Of a stretch of DNA of 64,000 nucleotides, positions 26,232-40,431 are shown piece by piece. The position numbers and the translations under genes are program-made. Numbering within the stretch: position 1 is the first letter of the stretch; each line of letters starts with the position of its first letter. This DNA is from Octopus vulgaris (Eukaryota). The DNA is taken from the NCBI GenBank assembly GCA_951406725.2, contig OX597829.1, positions 8,246,001 to 8,310,000 on the forward strand, in the 5' to 3' direction. Below the pieces are notes generated by a model that was given only the letters and a program-made list of their open reading frames with translations, had not been told where the DNA came from and ran no database searches.

Positions 26232-26439
26232 TCAGTATTGATTGATTGCAAGGTGATACTTAGTTTGGCTACAAGTTAAGTGTTAGTTGACTTGCAACAA
26301 ATTTAGTTGCAGTTGATTGGTTGAACGCTGATTTTCAGTTGATTTTCTGCTAAGTACATCTTAGTTGATTGTTTACAAGTCGAGTATTTGATAATTGGTT
26401 GCTAACTGAATCGTCACTGATTAGGTACAAGGTGGGTTT
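26232..26439. repeat. Degenerate 26-bp minisatellite
   Basis: In-phase units start at 26284, 26310, 26336, 26362, 26388 and 26414, each with TGATT or a variant at unit positions 5-9. Confidence 0.7.
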
Positions 26440-26993
26440 TCAACACTAATTAAGTCTCCATTTGAACCACTCCTCTCCGGTTACACTTTCTGCTTAACAT
26501 TCAAAAGGGGTCGGACAGCAAGTTTCCATAACAAGACGAATGTACCGAAAAACAGACACTTTTATATCTAATCGAAGTAAACTGACTTCTTTTTACAAAT
26601 GCTTCTTTTTACATATGTCCGACCCAGATTTATTCACATAGTTTTGGATGTCTCAAGGCTATTGTTAGTGAAAGTGATTTGTGAAAAGTGCTGGAAACTC
26701 GTGTTGTGTTAAATATATTTTTAAAATATTGTACCTCCATAACGCTTGTAAGTGCACAGAAATTACGCGTAAGCACATACCAAGCTGGGTGGATTCTTTT
26801 TATCTTTTGTCAATAGATGGCTTTTCAGACAAAGCTGAAATCTCAAGCGCCGTTTGCACTATAGTTTCTAGTCCAGTTCTTTGTATTTTTTTTTGTATTG
26901 ATTATGATAATACTTAGAACGGACTACTGAACCTTTGGGTGGTAGAAATAGCAGTTTAATCTCGATCAAATTCGAAGCTCAATAGTATATTTG

Positions 26994-27230
<237 letters not shown>

Positions 27231-27711
27231 ATATGTATATGTATACGCACACATATACTACAAAGGGAAAGGCGACATTGAACGATGTGGCCCTAACTAT
27301 AGCGCAATTACACTTACACACAAAAGTAGGTTTGGCCACGGCTGCAACACGTCAGGAGTCGACTTGATTATACGAACCCAGGGTTAAACAACAACAACAA
27401 CAACAGTAACAACAAGATTAGGTGGCGTCTTACTGACCAGTGTTGCCTCACAGACCGGGTGACGCCCATACGCATTTAGCATTGCTTTCTTGAATATGAT
27501 ACTGTATTGATAGACGTGGTTCCTCTGGGAGTAAAGTCAGAATCAAAAGACACTGAGATAGCTTCAGTTACAAAATGAAACGAAGTGACTTGCAGATCCA
27601 AGGGGCACTTTTTGGTTTCTTTGTTTTCGTTTTTCCCTTTTTGATGGGCTGTGATATTGCGAATGCTCAACACTTACACGCTTACTCATACGTACATACA
27701 AATGCACAAAT

Positions 27712-27774
<63 letters not shown>

Positions 27775-28385
27775 CACGCACACACACACACACAGACACA
27801 CACTCATATATATATATGCGATTTTGTATTACAAAGGAGAGAAAGAGTACTCAATTTGCTACAGAGAGTATAATTATTTATTTACACGAAGCTCGTATTT
27901 CATTTTTCCAGCGGAAACTCTGAGTAGGAAAGGAATGAAGTATCAGTTTCTTGTATATTTATGCATACACACACACACACACACACTCACACAAAGGCAC
28001 GCATACACATGCATATGTATATTTATATAAATATATAGTATATATATATGTATGTATATGTCTGCATGCTTGTGATTTTGATATTTTGTGTGTGGTGTGT
28101 GAGTAGGTAGGAATTCGGTGTCAGGACCATGTCTTAGTGCATATTTTTGTTTTTCTCGGTTAGTCACTTTTCCCTTTCTTTCTTTGCGCGCACACAACCA
28201 CACACACACACACACACAAAGACATCAACACAGATACACGCAAATATATGTTTGAGAGTGCAAACAAGACAAAAAAATTCAATACATGTTAATTCAGATA
28301 TCATCATGCGATGCCACAGAGTCAAAACATTTCTGATGGTATTCTTTCTACCAATGCTTTTTCCGAAGCTTGTTTCTAATATTAA

Positions 28386-28434
<49 letters not shown>

Positions 28435-29651
28435 TATTTGGAAATGATTTCTTTGAAGAGATAATGCTTATTGCTCTATTTATACTCCCATGCTATGACT
28501 GGGTTTCAGACACCATAAGTTAATGTTATGCTTGTCTTCTTACCAACAAAGAAGCTCTTTCGATCAGTTCATGTAAAGAATTGCGATTTCAACTGTGGAT
28601 TACTTAAATTTCAATAATGTTGTAGCAGTTTTAATTTATCAATTGTCATCACTGATCTAGGTATTCAATGATCAGAAACATTTTCTGCTATGATTAACAC
28701 ATTTAACAACCGTAGTGTAGACATTTACATTTCATTTCTCAGGCAACGCATCATATTTGAGGTAAATATGGGAGGTATTTGCACATGTCAAGCAAAGCAT
28801 ATAGAAATGCTCGTTCATTCATCAACCCCAAATTACGTACACACACACAACACACACATACACACGAACGCACGCACGCACGCACGTACGCACGCATACA
28901 GACAAACTTTATATATACACACTCCTAAATTTACGTAGTTGCAATTCGCTATAGCCTTTTCAAATTCGCTAGATTAGAATATGATATTTTCGCATTACTT
29001 TTTATCAAGTTGTAATACTTTTGGTGGGATAGAGAAGTTTTGGGAGGATTTTGAATACGGTATGTATCCTGCAGATACTTACGTGTAGAAAGGTGAGTTG
29101 AACCAGACAATCTTTCTGTTCCTGTGTTTATATTTCTTTTTTCGATGTTGTCGTATACTGTACTTTTGTCAGTACCCTCTAATGTGAAGTACGTTGATGT
29201 ACAGTTTTGAAATTTCATTGAATACATCTCCATTAGAAGATTCGTAAAATCATGCTCTTAAGAAGGCTCTTGGTTATACATTGTGACTGGCTGGGGAGTG
29301 AATGTCTGTATTAAAATTTATTTTCTATTGGTGCGTTTTCATATAAAAGTTTCTAAGTTTGAGGTGACGTCTAGGAAGTTTACTGCTTTGAAATGTACCA
29401 CAACGTCGATTGAGACGCGGAAGTAATTTAAGAGGCGTTATTTGTTTCTGAGTAAGTTTGTTAGGGATTAAAATTTTCTTAGGAGAAATAATCCAAATAA
29501 TGTTCATTTAAACCAAAAAGGAGTGCAATGCCAAGATATAAATTCCAGCACGAACATTTATGATTATATATACATATATATATATAATGCACACATACGC
29601 ATACACACTCTCTCTCTCACACACAAACACACACACATATATATAAGCATA

Positions 29652-29707
<56 letters not shown>

Positions 29708-29784
29708 TACACATATATACGTATGTATATATGCGTGTTCGTGTGTGCGCCCGTTTATACATGAAAGCCCAAACTATACACGCC

Positions 29785-30245
29785 GTTTAACCAAGTGTAA
29801 TTGTAGCAACCTTTCCGACTGCCTTCTACATAAAAATTGCTTCATTGCACAACGGTAACCAGGAGCGCCAGAGCAACAGCAGTCTCATATATAGGTTTGA
29901 CTGCAGATAAAATCAAAATTAGACACCATCAACACACACAGATATTTTGTATCCAAAATAGGAGAAACGATATCTCACAGTCTCTGTTTGTCTACTTGTC
30001 TGTCTGCCTTTCTTCTCTCCTTCTCTCTCTCTCTGTTTACACTCACGTACACATGCGCGAACAAGTATTGAAGTTAGGAAATGTCACACATAATATTAAT
30101 TTAAAAATCTTAACTTCCACACAACATTATTGAAGCAATCAACAAACCTTGAAAACTTTATACTGCTGAAGCTTTGCACATTTTCTTCTATAAAACTCAA
30201 ATACCGAACTGAAACACTGAATTAGTCGCATCCTGTAAACTAAAA
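29785..30245 (+). mobile_element. Second Cys-rich (Naiad-like) PLE GIY-YIG remnant, heavily decayed
   Basis: Across frameshifts it reads [52 protein letters not shown] and PN*NTELVASCK, in the same motif order as 17520-18100. Confidence 0.7.
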
Positions 30246-30473
30246 TTTTTAAACCTCTGAAATACATTAATACATTACACCCATAAATTCTCTCAACAAC
30301 TAATCATCTTCTTCCTCATAAAAATCCACCAAGCAACAATATTCCTCTAACGATATTTTATATTCATTCTAAATGTACAGACATCTATCAGTAAAAAAAT
30401 GTACCTTTCTTTTAAAGCGGCACACACATCTGATTATGAGTCTCTCTCTCTCCCCACTCTCTCTCCCCTTTCT

Positions 30474-30534
<61 letters not shown>

Positions 30535-30879
30535 GTAGAAAGTATGGTGGGTGATTACATGTGGGTTGAATATATATAAAAAGAAATAAGATGAAAAACA
30601 CAGAAGAATTGTTTCGAAAGACTAAAGAATATATTAGGATGATAATAGTAAAAGTATAATACAATATTGTACAAAAGAGTTTTTTCTTCCAATTTAATAA
30701 CCGGTTTCGTTGTTGCTTTTCAAATTATCACTTTTAGATGAATTTCTGAATTAGACATTTTGTTTGTTAGGAGGAATATTTGGTAACCAAAGTATTTTAC
30801 CGTAAAGGGGAGGTAAATCAGTAATTTTGTATATTAAGGTAAATCTTTAATTTTCAAAATGGGTTTATATTTAATTCCG

Positions 30880-31520
30880 GCTTATATATTTTCGGTAAAT
30901 GAGGCTTCTTTCTTTAGTCGTACTTGTGTTGAGATCGAAATAGCAAATTGTTATAATGGAAAGATTGGGAATTGTGATTGCAGTTGCTCTGCACATCTGT
31001 CAATGTGCTCACTGAGATATATCTGGTGATATTGTGGGGTGGATATTTGTTGTCTATGGACCGTACATCTCTGTCTGATCGACATTCCTTCCGATCCTAT
31101 GTAATTTTTATGGCAGCCCGAGCATATGATAACGTAATTTTGAGGCGCAAATGAAGTTAGATTTAACTTTGAATTTTTGCTCTTGTCTAAAATGGAATCC
31201 TGTTCATTCCAAAATATTGGGAAATGTTCAGCAGTTAGGACGACCACACTTTTTTACTCTTGCGTCCGTTATTCTTGAAAATAATTTAGCTTTTGTGAGA
31301 ACTTTCTTTAATGTCATTGAAAATTTACTGCTTTTTATGATTTTATGAGTACATAAAATTTCCTTTAGTTGGGTCCTTATGGAGCATTGGGAGATTTTGG
31401 ACAATGATGTTAAATACTTCTTTGTTTCTGAGGTTGTATGTGGAGATATAAGGTGGTGTTTTCAGAGTAGGTGTGTTACAGTGTTCGACTTTTCTTAATA
31501 TTTTTATGCCAATCAATTTT
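30880..31520 (-). mobile_element. PLE linker and GIY-YIG remnant (Neptune-like)
   Basis: PYISTYNLRNKEVFNIIVQNLPMLHKDP, KVLTKAKLF, KCGRPNC*T and YVIICSGCHKNYIGSEGMSIRQRCTVHRQQI..LSEHIDRC..FPIFP. Confidence 0.8.
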
Positions 31521-31845
31521 GCAACCTTAAGCAAGTGTCTTCTACTATAGCCTCGGACCGACCAAAGCCTTGTAAGTTTGGTAGACGGAAACTGAAACAC
31601 ACACACACACACACATACACACATGTATATATGTGTGTGTATGTGTGTCTTTCTGGCTGTGTTTGTCTCCCCCAACATCACTTGACAACCGATGCTGGTG
31701 TGTTTACGTCCTCGTAACCTAGCGTTTCGACAAAAGAGAACGATCGAATAAGTACTGGGGTCAATACATTTAGCTAAAAGTTCTTCAAGGCGGTGCTCCA
31801 GCATGGCCGTAGTCTTTTGACTGAGATAAGTAAAAGATAAAAGGT
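31520..31845 (+). mobile_element. SINE family B, lacking the tRNA head
   Basis: Matches 13925-14230. Confidence 0.82.
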
Positions 31846-31934
31846 ATACCATATTGCTTTTAGTTTGTATACATACCTAATTCATATACGAGTATTATTT
31901 GCCTGCTTATAATTATGTTACATAATTAAGCATA

Positions 31935-32140
31935 CTAGCTGGACCCGTGAAAAGTTCACGGAAAATATGAAAAATGTAAACATCTGTAAATTGTGTGCTG
32001 GTGCCATAAGAAATGTTTCTATGTTGTGTGACAGTTGGAGAATATAGAAAAAAGTGTAAAACCGATAACTATATAATCCAACCAAAATATCTCAGTTACA
32101 CAAACGTAAACAGAATTACTATTTAGCCTTAGAATATATC
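31935..32140 (-). mobile_element. Probable non-autonomous Helitron
   Basis: The minus-strand 3' end is a CCGTGAA-ctt-TTCACGG hairpin (31945-31961), 6 nt, then CTAG|T (31935-31938). The 5' TC terminus is not clearly identified. Confidence 0.45.
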
Positions 32141-32189
32141 GTACATATTCAGAGAACATTCTTGGTTTAGGGGCACGGAATGTTCTTTT

Positions 32190-32524
32190 GATATTCTTTT
32201 ATTCTTTTACTTGTTTCAGTCATTTGATGGTGGCCATGCTGGAGCACCGCATTTTAGTCGAAGAAATCGACCCCTGGTCTTAATCCCTGTAAGCCTGGTT
32301 GCTTATTCTATCAGTCTCTTCTGCCGAACAGCTAAGTTACGAGGACGCAAACACACCAACATTGGTTGCTAAACAATGGTGGTGGGGGACAAACACAGAC
32401 ACAAGCACACACACACACACACGTGCGCGCGCACACACACATATGATGGGTTTCTTTCAGTTTTCTTCTACCAAATTTACTCACAAGTCTTTGGTCGGCC
32501 AGAGGCTATAGTAGAAGACACTCT
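32190..32524 (-). mobile_element. SINE family B, lacking the tRNA head
   Basis: Diverged reverse complement of the 31520-31845 copy. Confidence 0.82.
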
Positions 32525-33012
32525 TCAAAGTATAGAGTTGAATTTCGTGTAGCCACCTGTTGGCATCATTTCTCCCCCACCCATTTTGTAGGGGCTTTTT
32601 TCACAGCTATTCCCCATTCGAAATTTACATTAGATTTTATATGAAAAAGAAGAAGGAGATGGGGTTTGTTAGTAGATTGTAAAGAAAAAGTTAAACGTGT
32701 CTGAAAAAAAAACATGGTCTTTCGCCACCTTCAACCAAAAGACACGAAGAACTATGGAAGAAGGTGAATAAGTACCGGGCGTGGGGGAAAGAAGAGAGAA
32801 CTAACAGTCGATCTTTCTAGAACTCCCAGAATAAAAACGTAAACACTTGAAAGACTTTCCCTCTTTTCATTACGAAATGTCTTTCCCTCTTCTTCATTGC
32901 TAAAAGTAAAGAAGCTGGAAAATATCGATCGTATTTCAGTCTAATTTTCATTGTAAATTTCCTTTCTCTGTCTCTATCGCTTCACTCTTTTTCTCTATGG
33001 TTAAGAGAGTGA

Positions 33013-33335
33013 AGGCACGTGGCTTAGTGGTTAGGAGTATTCGGCCCACGATCGTAAAATCACGAGTGCGATTCCCTGCAGCGTGCTGGGTTTTTGAGCG
33101 AGGTACTCTACTTCACCTTGCTGCAGTCCACTCAGCTTGTCAAAATGAGTTGTAGGTAGTTGTAATTCAAAGGAGCCAACCTTGTCCCATTCTGTGTGAG
33201 GCTGAATCTCCCCGAGAACTGACTTTTGGTATGCTTGTCTGTGGAGTACTCAGCCACTTGCGCGTTAATTTTACGAGTAGACTGTTCGTTGATCAAATAA
33301 ACAGGAACCTCGTCGTTGTAACCGACGGAGTGCTA
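33013..33335 (+). mobile_element. tRNA-derived SINE family C
   Basis: A box tggcttagtggtt. The 3' half (ctgtggagtactcagccacttgc..ttaattt..ctcgtcgttgtaaccgacgga) matches 48720-48820 in reverse. Confidence 0.75.
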
Positions 33336-35278
33336 TTTTTAAAAAAGAGTGAAATAAAAGGAAATATTCCATATGGTAAGGCAAAAATGTATTGTGTTTT
33401 TTGTATAAGCAGCGAAATCTAGGACTAAATAATTGCTATTCTGTCGAGTATTCGCCTTCGACTAACGCTCAGTTTGATAACAGCCTGTGCATTGGTGTTT
33501 ATCTGGGGGCTTGGCTTCCAGATCTGCGAGACCCACAAATATCGCTGTTAGGACCGCTTTAACACCCATTGTGACCCTAATGACTAAAAAGATTTTCCTG
33601 ACCCTATATAGGATCTTTTTGCGTTTTCTTCCAACCACTTGAAGGTTTGTCTTGCTCCAGTCCACCTAGCTAGCCAAAATGAATTGTAGCTGTAATTAAA
33701 AGAAGCGAACCATGTCATATTCTGTGCGAAGCTGAATTTCCATGAGAACTACATTAGTGATATGCATGTCTGTGTAGTTAATTGATTTTCGTGTCGTAAT
33801 GAAAAGTGAGTGACATCCAATATTTGCTATGTCTATGTATCAACTTTTTTTAATCTATGTATTTACTGTCTCTCTTACTTTCTCTCTTTCCCTTTCAATT
33901 CCTCTGCGTCCCTCCTCTCTCTCCTGCTTCTAATTTAATAATGTGTGTATGGATCTATGTATCAACTTTTCTTTCGATCAATGTATCTACTTTTCTTGCG
34001 ATATGATAAGCATTTAAAGCCACAAAACGAACGCAGTCACCACTCACTGTCTCTTTCACTCTCTGTCTCTTTCTCTCTCGCTCTCTCTTCCTCTCTTATT
34101 TCCTCTCTGTCCTCTCTCTCTCTCGCTTTGCCACTCACTTCTTCCTTTGAAGTAAGTGTGTCACACACCACAGGTACGGACAAAAAAAAAACAAACAAGC
34201 AAAGCTAAGCGTATCAATATTATTGATACCAGAAGTATAATGTATTTACATTAGTTATTTATGCACAAATATACAAATATGCAATCATGCTTATACATGT
34301 GTGTACAAACACATCTTTATGTCAGTCTATCTGCATTTATATATATATATATATATATATATTTATACAACTATAAGTGAAGGTGATTTTATTATTTGTA
34401 TATGGCAATGAGTTCAAGTATGTTTTTGTATGTACGTGTATACTGTTCTGCTTTTATTTTTTACATATACACACAGGAAGTAACATACATTTCGTGCATG
34501 TGTGCGTGTGTGCACATGTGTGAGTTTGTGTGTGTTTGTGTGTGTGTGTATGTGTGAATGTGAATCAAGGTGCTGGCCTTCATATTTGCATATCTACATT
34601 AATATATACTCATATGTTTGTGTTGGAGTGACCATGTTCACCTGTGGGTGTTTCATGCATTATTACACCACACCTACGTTCTCGAAGCGTTGCTTCTCCT
34701 ACAAATTAAACCAAGATTATCTGTAAGAATTGAAGAACCAAACCAATATTCAGTCAGATGAAACATCGAAGTAGCTGTGAACCATTTCTACTACTGTTCT
34801 GAAAAGTGCTGAATAATTCTTCAATTTGATATTTAAAATACACATAAAAAGAAACGTTAATGAATATGTGTAAAGGTGCTGGAGTTACTGTGTGCTAAGA
34901 AGTTTGCTTCCCAGCTGCAGGGATCCAAATTCAATTCCTCTGCGTAGCAACTTAGGCAAGTGTCTTGTAACTATAGCCTTGAAACTGACCCTAAAAAACT
35001 GTGACAAGCTAGATCTCTAACAAGTCTTTTTTCCTGATATGTTAGTAGCTTCTAAGCTGCAGTGAAGGCAGCATGTTCTTTGTCTATCTCCTTACCTTCT
35101 TGGAGGTTTTAGGTAAAATTATACTACAGTATCCGTCTGTTTTAATTTAATTTAATTCTATGCATTTATGCAGCTGAGGATTGCTCTGCATTTAAATTGA
35201 TGTAATGGTTGCATTGTTCAATTAAATGGAGTCGTTTGAAACGATCGTACTGCATTACTTCTGGATATCGTGTTGGTG

Positions 35279-35336
<58 letters not shown>

Positions 35337-35529
35337 ACTCACACTGAAATATGAAATGAAAATATGTACTATCCATGAATCTTATTAATCTCAGGTTAAG
35401 AATTTGCAAGATTTTTTGTTCGAAGTAAGTTTGATACCGTGAAACATCCAAGAATAATATACTTGTTGGCATCGAAAATAAAGCTATTTGAAATCGAGTA
35501 TAAATGTAAATATTGATTTAAAATTTTTT

Positions 35530-35727
35530 TGCACAAGGGTAGCAATTTCAGCGGGGTTAAGTCGATTAAATCGACCCCAGTGTTCAACTGGTACTTATTT
35601 TATCGACCCCAAAAGGATGAAAGGCAAATTCGACCTTGGTGGAATTCGAACTTAGAATGTAAAGACAGATGAAATGCTGCTAAGCATTTTGTCAGGCATG
35701 CTAACAGATCTGCCAGCTCTCTGCCTT
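35530..35727 (-). mobile_element. SINE family A monomer
   Basis: Core and head as in the other copies. Confidence 0.85.
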
Positions 35728-36082
35728 ATCGTTCATGTAAATATTAAAAGCATAAAGTAAAATGTAATTCAGTTCTAATTTAAATTTATGGTCCGAACAA
35801 TTGTAACCCGAAGAAAATCTTGAAAATAAAACTTTTTTGGTGATTCAGCCGTTAAATAGAATAACTGAGACACGGAAGATTGAATACTCGAAATGAAATC
35901 GCTTGTTTGTTCGTTCACTCAGTAATACGGTGTGAATGCTAACAAATCAGATATGGAAGACTGAACCACACGAGCCGATGACGTGTGTATCGAAATAGAT
36001 TACACAGAGAAAAAAGACATATTACTTGAAGGAGGGTAAGAGATACTTAGATAGAAAAAGACAGGCAGAAATATAGAAACAT

Positions 36083-36157
<75 letters not shown>

Positions 36158-36179
36158 AGATATAATGAGTAAGATCAGG

Positions 36180-36760
36180 TGATTGCATAAACCTCGATTT
36201 TCTGTTACTGACAGCAACCATTTCTGGCTATGTTACCAATAATTCTCTTCAAAGTATCGTTAATATAGGAACAGTATTTTAGAATAGACAAGATATAAAG
36301 GATTTTAAAGAGGAGCTGCTTGAATTAGAATGGTTTCTAAATCTGTAAGCATCACAGTTTTTCTAAACGAGGCTGTAGCAAATACCATGAGTTGTTATAT
36401 TTGTAATACTCCACTCTTGAACATAGACCTACAAATTGTCAGTTTCCTTTGGTTTACAGCTTTCTAATAGCAAATAGACTATTAGAAAGTTATAGACAGG
36501 TGTTAACACTCGTACCTCTCATCAGTTTTAAGTAAGTCTGCCTACTTTGTCAATAGATATGTCTACATCATAAAATTTCGGACCAGTCAAATTTCGTAAC
36601 AGTGATCCATCTGTCCAAATACACTGGAATGAATTATTTTTCCAATTCTTCAGCTAGTGCACCAGCATCGTTAACAGAAGTGCCTATATCATCGCTTTTC
36701 TAAACTATCATGGACTGAGGTTGAAGAGCGCCGCTCTTGAGAAAAGATGATGCATAAAAA
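36180..36760 (-). mobile_element. Possible ancient CR1/L2-group LINE remnant
   Basis: Only weak, frameshifted motifs (ALAEELEK..SSV, THG, KIEVYAI), in the expected order. Confidence 0.3.
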
Positions 36761-37254
36761 GTATTTTAGAGCAACATCCCACTCAGAATCCTCGGTAGTG
36801 GTTGCAGAATATGCAAGTCAACCTTGAATGGCAGAGTCTATTAACATAATTCAAAGACATAGTAACAGGTCAGCTGTAACGGGAAGTACGGCGAGAGTAT
36901 AATCGTCGCATTGATGTTTGCAGTCATCGTAATTGTTGTTGTTACAACAGACATAGAAAGACATGGAAAGGTAGTCTAGCTATGAAATCGTCAGTTCAGA
37001 TACACGTTTTACTGGCAACCCGGAAATAATAGTATAGGACAGAGATCAGCTCAACGCTCATGCTGGCAACAAAATGAGCTGTGATGGAGCTCACACAGGA
37101 CTACTGTGAACACACTAAACCGAGTTTATGCAATCACGAATAAGTGTGTATGATAGTAAATAACACGTCTCTACAATGTGGAAGAAAGCGTACTTAAGAA
37201 AGTACCATTGGTTACGAATGTAAAAACGTATATGTGCGTCATAATGGGGAGTAT

Positions 37255-37348
37255 GAGAGAGAGTGAAAGAGAGAGAAAGAGAGAGGCAGAGAGAGAGAGA
37301 GAGGAAGGAAAAGAGAAGGAAGCAGAGTGAGAGGAAGAGTTAAAGGTT

Positions 37349-37382
<34 letters not shown>

Positions 37383-37505
37383 AACAAACAAAAAGAGAGA
37401 AGCAGAGAAATTGGAAGAGAGAAAGAGAGAGAGTGAGGCAGAGGAAAAAGAAAGAGACAAAGAAAGAGAAAAAGAGGCAGAGAGAGAGAGAAAGAGAAAG
37501 AGAAG
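37255..37505. repeat. (GA)-rich polypurine tract
   Basis: Directly visible. It explains the ERERE and LSLSL ORFs. Confidence 0.9.
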
Positions 37506-38299
37506 GAACTGTTCCATAGGGAGAGTAAAGAAAATGAAATGTAATATACAAGCAAGAAAAAGCAATAGCGCAGAGAAATATATTGAGAAAACGCGAAATA
37601 GTATCGGAATGGTTGGCAAATATATTCTGCATATTACTCTTTACAAAATAAAGAAAAGTTTGCATCTTGGCAACAGACCTGTTCATTCAGATGTTTAAAA
37701 TTTAGTAAGGATGGCGAAATTAGATGTCTTCTTTTTACCTTCAAATACATCCTCCTTAGATCAGGGAATAATATTAATAGTTTGTTTGAGGAAGAAGAAA
37801 TAAAGAAGAAAATATAAAGTTTGCAATATTAAGTTTATATCTTTCGAGTTAGTGTGTCATTCCTGACAAAATAGTCTACCGATTCTCTCCGACATTCCTT
37901 TAAGTTCTGGAAGATTAAACGAAATAAATAAATATATAAATAAATAGATAAGTAAAGAAAGAAACGAAGAAAGAAGCAAACAAACAAAGGAAAGCACTTC
38001 CTGGAGGAATATAAAGAATATTTTGAAAGGAGGAAGGAAAAATGAGAGAGACAAATGGGGAAAAGTTGAGTAAAGTGGTCCTTCTATTTGTTCCTCACAA
38101 TCTAAGTCTTACAACATAAATCTACAACAGACCTATATGTAATAGAGTTGTCTTTTGAACAGCTGTTTATTCATTTCCTGGTTACATTAAACTCATTACA
38201 CTCTTACTACACAAAAGTACGTACAGACAATTTAAAATCGACGCAAATGATTACGTACAGGCGTAAACACTATACTACACTACAAACACAGGCACACGA

Positions 38300-38443
<144 letters not shown>

Positions 38444-39415
38444 GCGCGCACATACGCATGCACACATTAAGGTTATTTAAATTAAATCTTCGTATGATAT
38501 TTTCATGTTTTATAAATGAATTCTCTGCAGGATACCCTGGCACTGTTTATATCAGATCTTTGTGCGATTAATATCTGCACAATTTTTCACTGAAATATAT
38601 AAAATTTTAATATTAATATAGGTGAAATATCAATGTGATATCCTGACCTTCGTATATATTTGCTATATTATGAATAACTGGTATGATCAGCAATAGTTTT
38701 CTATAATCAGTATTTTGCCATTCAGCAAAAGAGACCGATAGAATTAGTACTGGTGTCGATTCATTCGACTAAGACTCATCATGGCAGTGCCCCAGCATGG
38801 CCGTAGTCTAATGACTGAAATAAATAAGATAAAAGATATGTACTTACACGCGTGCTCGCATACATATATTTATGCACACCCACAAACACATGTACCCGTC
38901 CATAAATTATCCACAAATATCAATTACCAAATACAGCACTTATAAACCAATTAATTTGTACTATCAAAGACACAAGCTAAGTATAACTTAATGAATGCTT
39001 TCTATTATGTATTCCATGATAGAGGTGAACAAGTCTGAACTATGATTCTGTTCTGTTAATCTGCTAGTCATAAAAATATTGCTAAGGTCAATTTCCTGAT
39101 TTGTATTTGTGTATACATACATACACAAACACATACATACATACATACATACATACATACATACATACATACATACATACATACATACATACATAAACAC
39201 ATACACACATACACACATACATACACATACATACACATACATACATACATACATACATACATACAAACATACATACATACATGCATACTTATATACACAC
39301 ATGCATATATACATGCATACATGTGTGTATATGTGTGTTTATAAATATATACGCTTATATATAAACATATCTTAGAAGTGTGCGTATGTTTTTAATCAAT
39401 CAATCTATCTGTCTG

Positions 39416-39519
<104 letters not shown>

Positions 39520-39984
39520 CATGTATCTATAAATACATATGTATGTATATATACTGACGAAGGCTTTTTGTTATTCTTTTGAAGCTCTACATTACTTGTA
39601 CTTGACCTTCAACCAGAAAATAACTTCAAACGTCACTATTACCATCTAACCTTTTACGCTTCTCGAATCTTTTATGAAGTCTTTTTGCTTCCAACAATGA
39701 CGAACTGCCAATGCTACTTTCGGTTTATATATAATCCCACCCCATACTCACCATCGAATCACCCTTTCATTTTGAAACAAAATTCACCTTTTACAATTCA
39801 TATTTATGTCTGCTTGTCTCCTAAGCAGTCTGTTCAGAGCCCCATTTCAATTATCGGTCTGTCAATCTGTCTGTCTGTCTGTCTGTCTGCCTGTCTCTGT
39901 CTCTGTCTCTGTCTGTCTCTGTATATATATATATCCAACTTCTTGCTTTCTTTTTCTCTCTTTCTCCCTCTGTCCTTTTTCTTT

Positions 39985-40128
39985 TTTCTTTCTCTCTCTC
40001 GCTCACGCTGTCTTTTTTTCTTTCTCTCTCTCGCTCACGCTGTCTTTTTTTCTTTCTCTCTCTCGCTCACGCTGTCTTTCTTTTCTTTCTCTCTCTCGCT
40101 CACGCTGTCTTTTTTTTTCTTTCTCTCT
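39985..40128. repeat. ~32-bp minisatellite, 4 copies
   Basis: tttctctctctcgctcacgctgtctttttttc repeated. Confidence 0.92.
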
Positions 40129-40193
40129 GTTTGTCTGTCGGTCTGTCTGCCATTGCGTATCTCTTTACTAAATTACCAGTCTGTGCAATTTAA

Positions 40194-40232
<39 letters not shown>

Positions 40233-40233
40233 G

Positions 40234-40304
<71 letters not shown>

Positions 40305-40431
40305 ATCTATCTATCTAGCTACCTAGCTAGCTAGCTACCTAGCTAGCTAGCTATCTGTCTGTCTGTCTGTCTGTCCTCTCTCTCTCTCATCTCTCTCTCT
40401 CTCTCTCTCTTTATATATATATATTATATAT

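Noticed and set aside
26232-26439. CRISPR-like repeat-spacer array
   Set aside because: Eukaryotic context, conserved part only ~5-9 nt, no distinct spacers and no cas genes.
28949-29507. Two minus-strand ORFs of complex sequence
   Set aside because: No motif recognised. Possibly a transposon remnant, but unsupported.
35900-35990. miR-375-like TTTGTTCGTTC
   Set aside because: Only 11 nt match, and the arm arrangement is wrong for the precursor.
39551-39640. HHR candidate (CTGACGA...CAAACGTC)
   Set aside because: GAAA is absent and stems I and II do not pair convincingly.
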